From a virus: a stretch of 64,000 bases of DNA. The stretch's first letter is position 1. The number at the start of each line of letters is the position of its first letter. Under the pieces are notes generated by a model, which did not search any database, was not told the DNA's origin, and saw only the letters and a program-made list of their open reading frames with translations. Location: the IMG/VR virus record IMGVR_UViG_3300045988_159685. One strand, given 5' to 3'. The translations under genes were made by a program, and so were the position numbers. Of this stretch, positions 55,303-63,927 are shown one piece after another.

Positions 55303-56823
55303 ATGTCTAAAATGAATAAGCTGATTAAGGAAAGTCAAGATAATAAAAAAACACTTGGTTATACCTATGGAACAGTTAAAAGCTACGACTCTACAAATTG
55401 TACAGCCATTGTTTCGCTATTAGAGTATAATGGTGCTGAAAAATCTTTTCTGAATAAATCAGGTGAGATTTTAAGCATGGGAGACAGTGTGTGGATCTAT
55501 TTCCGTGGTGGTGGTATAAACGCTGGCTACATTGCTATTAGGAATGGCAAACCTATACCTCTAGGAAGTCAAAATTCTAGCGTAGGACGATTTGTTGAAT
55601 ACGTTGATAGTGGTGGTAGTAGACACATCTCAGAAAAGTTTAATTATTATGGCAGTTCTTATTTTTATACTATAGCCCCTGATGGAACAGAACAGATTAC
55701 TATTTATCTTGAAAATATTGCCCATGGCGATTACAACCATCTTGAAGGTCAAGCAAACCATTGTTACGAATATAGTTATGACAGCAATAATTATATTGAT
55801 TTTTCAGAAATGAAAACTAACAGTATGTTACATATGTTACCCTATGCTCGTGGAAATAGCAGTTTAAATTCCTTAACAGGCTTTAATAATACTAGCGTTG
55901 GTGGATTTTCTAATCACGTCAGTGGTATGTGGAATACGTCTGAATATAGTGTGGCGGTTGAGTGTAGCGGTGCAAAAAATACTGTTTTCAATTCTCGTGA
56001 TACATATGTTAATGGTATGAATAATATGCTAGAGGGTGTAGCTGATAGTATTGTAGTTGGTACATTGAATACTGTTAAGGGTGATAAAACTAAAGACCAA
56101 ATGGCAAAATGTAATGCCGTGTTTGGATATGATAACGAAATTATAAATTATGATGATTGTTTCGTTGCAGGTTCACATAATCGTGCCACAGCGGATAACC
56201 AAACTGTTATAGGTGTCAATGCAAGACAAACTTATAAAAGCTCGGAAAACGCTGATATACTATTTAATATAGGAAATGGTTCTGCACTTGAAAATTCTGC
56301 AATGCAAGTAGATTTTTCTGGCAATGTTTATGCTGGCGGTGCGTACAAAACTATTGGTGCTGACTATGCCGAATATTTTGAATGGCTTGACGGAAATGTT
56401 GATAATCAAGATAGGATCGGATTATTCGTTACGCTTGACGGTGATAAAATCAAGCTTGCAAATAAAGACGATTATATCCTTGGTGTTATATCAGCCAACC
56501 CATCTATTGTTGGTAACTCTGCTGAATTAGATTGGCATGATAAATATAAAACAGATGTTTATGGACGGTTGATTTATGATGAGTCACACAATCCTATAGT
56601 CAGTGAAAACTATAACGATACGCTTGAATATGTTCCTCGTGGGGCTCGAAAAGAGTATAGCAAAGTTGGCTTGTTAGGACAGTTAGTAGTTCAAGATGAT
56701 GGAACGTGCGAGGTCAACGGATATTGTACGGCTAGTGTGAATGGCGTGGCAACCAAGTCAGATAGTGGTTATAGGGTTATCAAACGTATTGATGAAACAC
56801 ATATAAAAATAATACTTAAATAG
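55303..56823 (+). CDS. tail fibre/spike protein with Peptidase_G2-type intramolecular chaperone C-domain
   Basis: GADYAEYFEWLDGNVDNQDRIGLFVTLDGDKIKLAN..DYILGVISANPSIVGNS matches my recollection of the phi29 gp12-type IMC autocleavage domain. ATG 55303. Confidence 0.45.
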   Translation: MSKMNKLIKESQDNKKTLGYTYGTVKSYDSTNCTAIVSLLEYNGAEKSFLNKSGEILSMGDSVWIYFRGGGINAGYIAIRNGKPIPLGSQNSSVGRFVEYVDSGGSRHISEKFNYYGSSYFYTIAPDGTEQITIYLENIAHGDYNHLEGQANHCYEYSYDSNNYIDFSEMKTNSMLHMLPYARGNSSLNSLTGFNNTSVGGFSNHVSGMWNTSEYSVAVECSGAKNTVFNSRDTYVNGMNNMLEGVADSIVVGTLNTVKGDKTKDQMAKCNAVFGYDNEIINYDDCFVAGSHNRATADNQTVIGVNARQTYKSSENADILFNIGNGSALENSAMQVDFSGNVYAGGAYKTIGADYAEYFEWLDGNVDNQDRIGLFVTLDGDKIKLANKDDYILGVISANPSIVGNSAELDWHDKYKTDVYGRLIYDESHNPIVSENYNDTLEYVPRGARKEYSKVGLLGQLVVQDDGTCEVNGYCTASVNGVATKSDSGYRVIKRIDETHIKIILK

Positions 56824-56824
56824 A

Positions 56825-56850
56825 AAGAGGGCTAACAACCCTCTTTTATT
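56825..56850 (+). terminator. rho-independent terminator
   Basis: AAGAGGG-CTAACAA-CCCTCTT followed by TTATTATT. Confidence 0.5.
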
Positions 56851-56865
56851 ATTGGAGGAAAAGTT

Positions 56866-57216
56866 ATGAAAGAGATCATTACTCAGATGATTACAGAGTA
56901 TTTGCCTGTAATTTTAACAGCGGTTATGACGGCTATTGTCGGTTTTGTAAAATCGAAGTATACAAAAATCGCAAATGACAGCATTAAGAAAGATGTGGCG
57001 GCTACAACGGTTAAGTACATAGAACAGATTTATAAAGACGTTCACGGCACAGAAAAGCTTGAAAAAGCTAAAGAAACCATGCTTGCCCTGCTTGAAGAAA
57101 AGGGCATTAAGATTTCCGATGTAGAGCTTGTTATCTTGCTTGAAAGTGCTGTTAAGGATATGAATTATAAATCACTCACAGATTTTATTGACGAGGTTAA
57201 GAATGGCGGTGAGTAA
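56866..57216 (+). CDS. holin (LL-H-like, single N-terminal TM)
   Basis: N-terminal TM segment YLPVILTAVMTAIVGFV. C-terminal ..VELVILLESAVKDMN is typical of the LL-H holin family. Located directly upstream of the endolysin. Confidence 0.55.
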   Translation: MKEIITQMITEYLPVILTAVMTAIVGFVKSKYTKIANDSIKKDVAATTVKYIEQIYKDVHGTEKLEKAKETMLALLEEKGIKISDVELVILLESAVKDMNYKSLTDFIDEVKNGGE

Positions 57217-57630
57217 ATGAACACAGTTAAGGAAATTGCTACCTACTGTGGAAGTGTTACAACCATTTTGGCACTGATAACAATTATTGTTAAACCAATC
57301 AGGAATAGATTTGTAGGGTGGATTTCAAAAACAAGTGATAAAGATAATCTAAATAAAAAAATAGATAAGCTAACAGTATTAGTGGAAAGACAGGTAGAAC
57401 AGAATCAAAGCATGGAAGCTGAGTTGCAAAAACAAAGTTTGGCTTTGCAAGCCACGCTGAGAAATTCTATTTTAGCGATTTATAATTCAAGAATGAAAGA
57501 AAATAGTATTTCACTGTACGAAAAAGAAAATCTCGCAAGACTATACGAAAGCTATTCGTCTATTGGTGGCAATAGTTTTGTACATAACTGTGTGGACGAA
57601 TTGAACAAACTGCCCGTAAAAGAAGATTAA
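57217..57630 (+). CDS. membrane-anchored coiled-coil protein (lysis-cassette accessory candidate)
   Basis: N-terminal TM segment VTTILALITIIV followed by coiled coil. Located between holin and endolysin. Confidence 0.35.
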   Translation: MNTVKEIATYCGSVTTILALITIIVKPIRNRFVGWISKTSDKDNLNKKIDKLTVLVERQVEQNQSMEAELQKQSLALQATLRNSILAIYNSRMKENSISLYEKENLARLYESYSSIGGNSFVHNCVDELNKLPVKED

Positions 57631-57649
57631 TTGGAAAGGAAGTATACAT

Positions 57650-58540
57650 ATGGCAACAACAATAAAAGGTATAGATGTTTCTCATTGGCAGGGTGCTAAT
57701 GTAGATTTTAACAAAGTAAAAAAGGCAGGATATGACTTTGTTATGATAAACGCGGGCTACGGCAAATATATCGGTCAGAAAGACGAATGTTTTGAAACCA
57801 ATTACAAAAAGGCAAAATCAGCAGGGCTTAAAGTTGGTGCTTATTGGTATTCATATGCTCTAACATCAGCAGATGCCGAATTAGAAGCCAAGGTGTTTCT
57901 TGAGGCGATCAAGGGTAAAACTTTTGAAATGCCTATTGCTTTTGATATAGAAGATAGTACACAGTGCGATTTATCGGCTTCTACTATAGGTAGTATAATT
58001 AATGCTTTTTGCGGTTATTGTGAAAAGAAAAATTATTATGTAATGCTTTATAGTTATGCTGCTTTTCTTAACAGTAAAGTTCCTAGTGATTGTAAAAACA
58101 AATATTGTGTATGGCTTGCTGAATTTGACAAGTCAAAGCCTTCATACGGTGGTAGCTATGGTATGTGGCAGTACACAAGTAAAGGCTCGGTTTCAGGTGT
58201 AAATGGAAACTGCGATTGCAATTATGCCTATAAAGATTTTACCGCAATTATAAAGAAAAAGGGTCTTAATGGTTTTAAAAAGCAAAAAAACAATGAACTT
58301 TCGATACTTGAAAAGTCTGGCTATAAAAAGGGTGATAAGACCAGTGGTGTTCTTGCTCTGAAAGAAATGCTCATCATAGCTAAGACAAGAAAACTTCACA
58401 ACGTCACACTTGACGAGAACGGTATTTTTGGTGACGGCACTGAAAAGGCTGTTAATGCTTTGCTGAAAAAGTGGGGCTATAAGCAGACTAGCATTGCAGG
58501 TGAGAAGTTTATCAAGAAGCTTGCAAGTGCTATTAAGTAA
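57650..58540 (+). CDS. endolysin: GH25 muramidase + C-terminal peptidoglycan-binding domain
   Basis: IKGIDVSHWQG..FNKVKKAGYDFVMINAGYG..AGLKVGAYWYSYA..PIAFDIE is the GH25 signature. The C-terminal GIFGDGTEKAVNALLKKWGY is PG_binding_1-like. Confidence 0.85.
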   Translation: MATTIKGIDVSHWQGANVDFNKVKKAGYDFVMINAGYGKYIGQKDECFETNYKKAKSAGLKVGAYWYSYALTSADAELEAKVFLEAIKGKTFEMPIAFDIEDSTQCDLSASTIGSIINAFCGYCEKKNYYVMLYSYAAFLNSKVPSDCKNKYCVWLAEFDKSKPSYGGSYGMWQYTSKGSVSGVNGNCDCNYAYKDFTAIIKKKGLNGFKKQKNNELSILEKSGYKKGDKTSGVLALKEMLIIAKTRKLHNVTLDENGIFGDGTEKAVNALLKKWGYKQTSIAGEKFIKKLASAIK

Positions 58541-58561
58541 TACTAATTGTTTTTGTTTTTA

Positions 58562-58599
58562 AAGGGCGAGGTAACACAGCTTCGCCCTTGTTATATTTT
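58562..58599 (+). terminator. terminator after lysis cassette
   Basis: AAGGGCGAG-10 nt loop-TTCGCCCTT followed by GTTATATTTT. Confidence 0.5.
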
Positions 58600-58623
58600 A
58601 TTTATACGAAAGGAAGATGAACT

Positions 58624-58923
58624 ATGGCGTATTGTGCTACAAACGGAAACCTGTATGAAAACGGAAAAGCTTTTGAGCTGAAAGTTGGCATTGGTGCTGA
58701 TTTTAAAGTACAGGCTTCGGGAACTGGCAGTTTTCAGGTTGTAGGAAAACTGACTCAGAATGGTGCAGAGGAAGTGCTTATGATGGTTGATTTAAGTGAC
58801 TTCTCAACAGTTGATACGATTACAACGGAAAATGTTTATGCAGGAGATGTTAGTGGTTACTATAGTGTGACCGTTAAAAACGTCAAGGGTGTAAACAAAA
58901 TTTGGGGAACTATAACATATTAA
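58624..58923 (+). CDS. hypothetical protein (99 aa)
   Basis: RBS AAAGGAAG. Confidence 0.5.
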   Translation: MAYCATNGNLYENGKAFELKVGIGADFKVQASGTGSFQVVGKLTQNGAEEVLMMVDLSDFSTVDTITTENVYAGDVSGYYSVTVKNVKGVNKIWGTITY

Positions 58924-58935
58924 GGAGGTGGATTT

Positions 58936-60504
58936 ATGGCTACAGATATTATTGCTAGAGGTATGGCGGCTAATGCCAAAAAGTCTGTCACTGAATTAGG
59001 CGATAAGGTTGAAAGCGAAAAGTGGATTGGCACAAAAGCCGAGTGGGAAGCCGTTGATAAATCCACTATAAAAGACGGAATAATCGTATATATCACTGAT
59101 GATGAAACGGTGATTTTATACGATAAAGCGGAAATGGAAAAGATAGCCGCACAGGTCGCCACAGACCGCAAAGCCGCAGAAACAGCCGCACAGACAGCAC
59201 AGTCGGTGGCTGACAGTCTGCCAGAGGACTACACAACCGCTGTCGAAAAGATAGCTGAAAACACGGCTGAAATTTCTGCTGTGAAGCTGACGGACAAAGA
59301 ACTGAAAAGGCGTGTGGACGCACTGTATTCCATTGGTCAGGGTATCACACACCAGTTTGAAACAGACAGCGAAACGGCATACGTTAAGACAGTGCCGACA
59401 GGCGGTAAGCTGATGTCAATTAAGTCTGTGGGCGGTAGGTCTATCACATTTAATCAAATGTATAAAAATTTTGACTATGTTAGCGGAGGCACACTTAACT
59501 GCAAACCGATTTTTAAATCGCATAAATACTTACTTCGAGTAGACTATAGCGTTTCAGAAAATACAAAGGTATATCTATATTTCAGAGATGCTAAATATAC
59601 GGCAGAGACTAATAGGCAGATAACTAAGGACGTAGCTGCTGGTAGTGGAAAAATATCATGGATTACAAGCCCGTTAGGTGAGCATAGCAATGGCGGTGAT
59701 TTTGGAGTATTTCGCATGGTGACTGATTCTGATGGTAGCCAGAAATTAGATACATCGCCATTCAGTAATCATGAGATTTTCGATTTAACCACCATGTTCG
59801 ATTCAGGCAACGAGCCTGTAAGCGTAGAAGAATTTGAGAAAATATTCCCTGCTGATTATTATCCGTATAATGCTGGGGAGATTGTCAGCGCTGGGGTGAC
59901 AGAGGTCGCTGTGGGTGATACCGCCTTCCCAATCCCCGAAGCTATCAAGGCACTGCCTGGCTACGGTTGGTCGGCAGGAACGGCACGAAACTATGTGGAC
60001 TATGAAAATAAACGATACGTTCAGTGCGTGAACAGCGTTGATTTAGGAACATTGGAGTGGTTATATCGACCCGAACAGCAACGATTCTATGCGATTGCTG
60101 ATAGTATAACAGGAAAATTTTCTGAATCGTTCGGAATCGTTCCAAATATAGTTGTCGCAAAATATGACATAGTTTGTTTCAATGATATAACGACTAAAAC
60201 CGATAACATGAAGGCTTCTGCGGTAAAAACAGCAAATGATTATATAACTATACGGAACACCGCCTACACCGACGCTACCGCATTCAAACAGGCAATGCAG
60301 GGCGTAATCCTGTACTACGAATTAGCAACGCCAATCGTAACCGACATTTCATCGTTAATACCAGATGACTTCCTGCGAAATATTGAGGTTGAGGCAAAGG
60401 GTAGCGTGACGTTCAAAAACAGCAATGGTGACGATTATAGAATACCCGTTCCGTCAGAAGAAGAGTATATCGTGAAGCTGAGTGAAGTGGGAGGTACAAC
60501 ATGA
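58936..60504 (+). CDS. putative tail fibre / receptor-binding protein (mosaic)
   Basis: RBS AAGGAGGTG. Followed by XkdW/XkdX-like small genes, as in PBSX xkdV-W-X. A sharp rise in GC begins at about nt 59130. Confidence 0.45.
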   Translation: MATDIIARGMAANAKKSVTELGDKVESEKWIGTKAEWEAVDKSTIKDGIIVYITDDETVILYDKAEMEKIAAQVATDRKAAETAAQTAQSVADSLPEDYTTAVEKIAENTAEISAVKLTDKELKRRVDALYSIGQGITHQFETDSETAYVKTVPTGGKLMSIKSVGGRSITFNQMYKNFDYVSGGTLNCKPIFKSHKYLLRVDYSVSENTKVYLYFRDAKYTAETNRQITKDVAAGSGKISWITSPLGEHSNGGDFGVFRMVTDSDGSQKLDTSPFSNHEIFDLTTMFDSGNEPVSVEEFEKIFPADYYPYNAGEIVSAGVTEVAVGDTAFPIPEAIKALPGYGWSAGTARNYVDYENKRYVQCVNSVDLGTLEWLYRPEQQRFYAIADSITGKFSESFGIVPNIVVAKYDIVCFNDITTKTDNMKASAVKTANDYITIRNTAYTDATAFKQAMQGVILYYELATPIVTDISSLIPDDFLRNIEVEAKGSVTFKNSNGDDYRIPVPSEEEYIVKLSEVGGTT

Positions 60505-60659
60505 CAGAATTGCAAGAAGAAATGCTGAAAGCCGCAGGGCTGACGGAAGACAATTTTCGCAAGCCCAAAGTCACCGAGATAGACAGAATAAAGGCAAACG
60601 TCGATTTTTTGGCTATGTTGAACGGTGTTGAGTTGAATGAGGTGAGCGGCGATGAGTAA
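60501..60659 (+). CDS. small protein (52 aa) in XkdW position
   Basis: Hand-translated as MTELQEEMLKAAGLTEDNFRKPKVTEIDRIKANVDFLAMLNGVELNEVSGDE. ATGA overlap with the fibre gene. Confidence 0.45.
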   Translation: MTELQEEMLKAAGLTEDNFRKPKVTEIDRIKANVDFLAMLNGVELNEVSGDE

Positions 60660-60804
60660 GAACTACGTCAAGGTCAAGAGATACTATGACAGCCGTTTGT
60701 GGTCGGTTGCTATGGTATACACCGCCGTTGGCAAGTGGATCACGGCGGAGGAGTATGAGAAAATTACGGGGACGAAGTATGAAAATTCTCAAAAGAACAA
60801 GTAA
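60652..60804 (+). CDS. xkdX: XkdX-family protein
   Basis: Hand-translated as MSKNYVKVKRYYDSRLWSVAMVYTAVGKWITAEEYEKITGTKYENSQKNK. Matches the XkdX pattern (VK.YYD..LW......AV.KGWIT.EEY..ITG). Confidence 0.65.
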   Translation: MSKNYVKVKRYYDSRLWSVAMVYTAVGKWITAEEYEKITGTKYENSQKNK

Positions 60805-60931
60805 ATAAAATCCCCATTTGATTAAAAAATACAGGCTTGGAAAGTGCGTAGATGCGTGGTTTGCGGGCCTTGTGTTTTATAAAATTATAAAAAAATTAAA
60901 AATAGACAAAAAAACAAGGAGATGAGATACA

Positions 60932-61195
60932 ATGAGTGTAAATACATTTGACAAGAACAATGGTGACCTTACACCTTTATCTAAATTGTATCAAATAGAA
61001 TCGGGTGACGAGGTCGGCAAATTATTTGAAGAAATGACCTCACTCAAAACACAGGTAGAAAGCAATACCGAGAAAATTAGTGAATTAGAAAACAGCAAAT
61101 CGGTTATGCCGAATGGAACGGCATTTACGATAACCTATGGCGCAATAAGTTCTTCAATCACAGGAAAAGCTACGATAGAGGAGGAGCAAACATGA
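60932..61195 (+). CDS. fibre-module protein; N-terminus paralogous to 61901-62950
   Basis: MSVNTFDKNNGDLTPL.. versus MSVNKFTKPTNQLTPL... The first 13 nt are identical (atgagtgtaaata). RBS AAGGAGA. Confidence 0.5.
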   Translation: MSVNTFDKNNGDLTPLSKLYQIESGDEVGKLFEEMTSLKTQVESNTEKISELENSKSVMPNGTAFTITYGAISSSITGKATIEEEQT

Positions 61196-61881
61196 AAATA
61201 TATGAGGGAACAGACGGACTAAGAGGATTAGTCAAGAAGCTTATCGAGGTCTATGATTTTAAGAAAGTTGTGTTCGAGGGCGATAATGCGAGTATTGATA
61301 CACAAAATGCCACCTTTCAGCTTTGGGTAACAGATGAGCTGTTTTTAAGAGGGCAATTTGCGGACACAAATAGAAACTGGGGCTGGTGTGACCTGAGAAC
61401 CATAGCATTAACTTGCCCTTGTGTGGGTATTGCAAATACAAGTCCAGATGCTAGACGCTGGGTTATTTATAAGCAAAGTGATTTAGTAGCTATTGGAATA
61501 GACAGTAATACCGCTAGTCGCCCTGGTATAAATATAATAATTGGTGAAGTAACTAACTATGAAACAGGAGAAACCGAAATAGGAATGACCACAAGTTGTG
61601 CTGATAATAATACTCAATTATACACAGTATTCACTAATGGAACATCTATAAAATCTACACCTAATAGATATTTTTGTCAGCAGAAATCAGTAACATCATT
61701 CGCTCCTGTAGTTTCTACTGAGTTAAATAAAGGTTTTACTAATGTATATCACATAGTTTCGCACACACAAGGTATAACAGATGCCTATACTAATACAGAC
61801 TATACTGTACCCACACAAATAATTTTACTTAATGGAAAGAAATATCTTTTAAGTAGATTTGCATTTGAGATAAAGGAGTAA
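61192..61881 (+). CDS. hypothetical fibre-module protein; distant paralog of 54578-55288
   Basis: ATGA overlap with the upstream ORF. Confidence 0.5.
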   Translation: MKIYEGTDGLRGLVKKLIEVYDFKKVVFEGDNASIDTQNATFQLWVTDELFLRGQFADTNRNWGWCDLRTIALTCPCVGIANTSPDARRWVIYKQSDLVAIGIDSNTASRPGINIIIGEVTNYETGETEIGMTTSCADNNTQLYTVFTNGTSIKSTPNRYFCQQKSVTSFAPVVSTELNKGFTNVYHIVSHTQGITDAYTNTDYTVPTQIILLNGKKYLLSRFAFEIKE

Positions 61882-61900
61882 GATATGAAGGCGATGAAAT

Positions 61901-62950
61901 ATGAGTGTAAATAAATTTACAAAACCAACCAATCAACTAACTCCATTAGCAAATATGGTTGAATGTATCACTGACGAGGCTACAAACCTAACAAATCGTA
62001 TTGAGTCCTTAGAAAAACAATCTTCTGATTTAAACACTCAAGTTGGCACAAATACACAAAAAGTAAGTACGATGCAACGTGATATATTAAGAAAAATAAA
62101 TCAAGTCTGTCTCAATAAGACCGAAGATGGAGACAATGCCATTTGGACAAAATACAACAAGGGCGATGTTGTTGATTGGGTTAAGACAAGAATGGTAAAT
62201 AATCAGAAAATAGACAGGTTTTATATAGAGGGTACAATAGAAAATGTTCCATGTTATAAAAATGGAGTGGAAACAACAAAAACCGTAAGTTACAAAACGA
62301 CATTCATTTGTGTTGGTGTTGACTTTGTTGAACCTTCAGATGAAACTAAGCGTACATATACATTCCTAGCCACAGGGTCTCCAATAGGTGAAAACATTAT
62401 TGATCCTGCTACTAACCTTAATGATGTACCTGCATACTCAAAAACATTTTTACAAACAAAGGTAATGCCCGTATATGAAGAACACTTTAAGAACATTTTT
62501 AAGTATCATGTTGCAACATTATCTGAACCATTGCCATACGAAATTGACACTAGAATACAAAGTTTTTCCTCTACCAATCAAGGTGGTAGGAGTAAAGCAA
62601 ACTACGGAAATGCCCCTGTAACATTCAGTATGCGTTTGCCAAGTGAGATTGAACTTTTTGGGCATAGAATAATTTCAGGTGTTTTTGATAACACTGGTAT
62701 GGACGTACAATTTCCATATTTCGCATTAAATTCTCCGCATTATAGCCTTTATATGAATAAGGATAGTGCAGAAAATAAGGGTATCTACCTTTCATCGGAT
62801 ATGTGGTTAGCTTCGTATGACTATAATAATTATTATAGTTGTTATACACTGCCAGAGTTTTCCGGTAGAGGAACAGGCAAAGTTGTTACAAGCAGACCTT
62901 GCAATGTAGAATTTGGGATATATCCATTAATTACTTTGACTTCACAATAA
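61901..62950 (+). CDS. putative alternative fibre-tip / receptor-binding protein
   Basis: 349 aa. N-terminal coiled-coil segment shared with 60932-61195. Followed by a strong terminator. Confidence 0.45.
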   Translation: MSVNKFTKPTNQLTPLANMVECITDEATNLTNRIESLEKQSSDLNTQVGTNTQKVSTMQRDILRKINQVCLNKTEDGDNAIWTKYNKGDVVDWVKTRMVNNQKIDRFYIEGTIENVPCYKNGVETTKTVSYKTTFICVGVDFVEPSDETKRTYTFLATGSPIGENIIDPATNLNDVPAYSKTFLQTKVMPVYEEHFKNIFKYHVATLSEPLPYEIDTRIQSFSSTNQGGRSKANYGNAPVTFSMRLPSEIELFGHRIISGVFDNTGMDVQFPYFALNSPHYSLYMNKDSAENKGIYLSSDMWLASYDYNNYYSCYTLPEFSGRGTGKVVTSRPCNVEFGIYPLITLTSQ

Positions 62951-62966
62951 GGTGAATATAAAAATT

Positions 62967-63003
62967 TAGGGTACTAGAAATTAATCTAGTACCCTATTTT
63001 TTT
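62967..63003 (+). terminator. rho-independent terminator closing the late arm
   Basis: 12-bp perfect stem TAGGGTACTAGA / TCTAGTACCCTA followed by T7. Confidence 0.8.
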
Positions 63004-63007
63004 ACGC

Positions 63008-63036
63008 TTGACGAAATATAAATAATTAGATATAAT
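63008..63036 (+). promoter_or_regulatory. consensus sigma70-type promoter
   Basis: TTGACG, 17-nt spacer, TATAAT. Confidence 0.65.
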
Positions 63037-63068
63037 AATATTACCTGAAGCGAAAGGCGGTCAATTTT

Positions 63069-63485
63069 ATGGTAAATTATTCTGAGTTCATAGAAATAGT
63101 ATGTAGTAATTTGAAAATTACTAAACCGATAGTTGAAGAAGTATTGTTTTTGCATACACCTACACAACTAGCAGAGTATGTTCCTGCGGATAATGTACTT
63201 AAATATCGTATGGGCAAAATACCACTTGACATAATGTTTGCAATCGCCCATGAGTTGAGGCACAAATGGCAGGCTGAAAATTGTCCTGAGATTTTTCAGA
63301 ATTATGTAAATTCCACTGAAATTGGCACAGAACAGTACAATTTACAAAATGCTGAAATAGATGCTAATGCGTATGCTATGGTTGTCATGGAAAGTGGATT
63401 TGGCGTAACTCCACAATTTAAAGGGTTAAGTGAAAAGATTAAAAAGAAAATATTGTCAAGGGCTAACGAGATAACAAAAGAATAG
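63069..63485 (+). CDS. small HExxH zinc-metallopeptidase-like protein (ImmA/IrrE-like candidate)
   Basis: AIAHELRHKWQ (HExxH) with a downstream AEIDANAYA. Confidence 0.45.
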   Translation: MVNYSEFIEIVCSNLKITKPIVEEVLFLHTPTQLAEYVPADNVLKYRMGKIPLDIMFAIAHELRHKWQAENCPEIFQNYVNSTEIGTEQYNLQNAEIDANAYAMVVMESGFGVTPQFKGLSEKIKKKILSRANEITKE

Positions 63486-63785
63486 ATTTCTATGAAATAA
63501 AGATTTTATTAGAAAATTATAAGAGAAAGTCTTATAAAATAGTTATATGCAAATGTAATAAAGACAATAAGTTAAATTTGTGCAATAATACAAAACGTTT
63601 CCTAATGTCTTGATGAATATACTACTTTATATAGTACCGAAATCGACCTCAAAAATGTCGAAAATAATTTGTTGCGTATATAAAGATATTAACAAGTCAT
63701 CAATATATTTAAACCCATTTTCTTACATGGACTGACCTCTTACTAATAAAACGCTGATATAAAAAATGTCCTCGCGACAAAAATG

Positions 63786-63805
63786 GTTGTCCACATTTTG
63801 TCCAC
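63786..63805 (+). promoter_or_regulatory. two DnaA-box-like direct repeats
   Basis: TTGTCCACA (63786-63794) and TTGTCCACG (63797-63805), 11 bp apart. One mismatch to TTATCCACA. Confidence 0.3.
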
Positions 63806-63823
63806 GGAATTTGCAAATACGAC

Positions 63824-63853
63824 TGGATATAATAAAATACAATTAGATACAAT
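63824..63853. repeat. 30-bp imperfect direct repeat, copy 1
   Basis: ggatataataaaatacaattagatacaata versus 63898-63927 ggatataattaaatatgattagatacgata (26/30 identical). Confidence 0.7.
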
Positions 63854-63897
63854 ATATGTAGACCAATCGCTTTAAACCGCATAGAATGGTGGTTTGT

Positions 63898-63927
63898 GGG
63901 ATATAATTAAATATGATTAGATACGAT
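63898..63927. repeat. 30-bp imperfect direct repeat, copy 2
   Basis: See 63824-63853. The copies are 74 bp apart and each contains TATAAT. Confidence 0.7.

Noticed and set aside
58936-62950. Diversity-generating retroelement acting on the fibre genes
   Set aside because: No reverse transcriptase ORF exists in the window, and I found no template/variable repeat pair.
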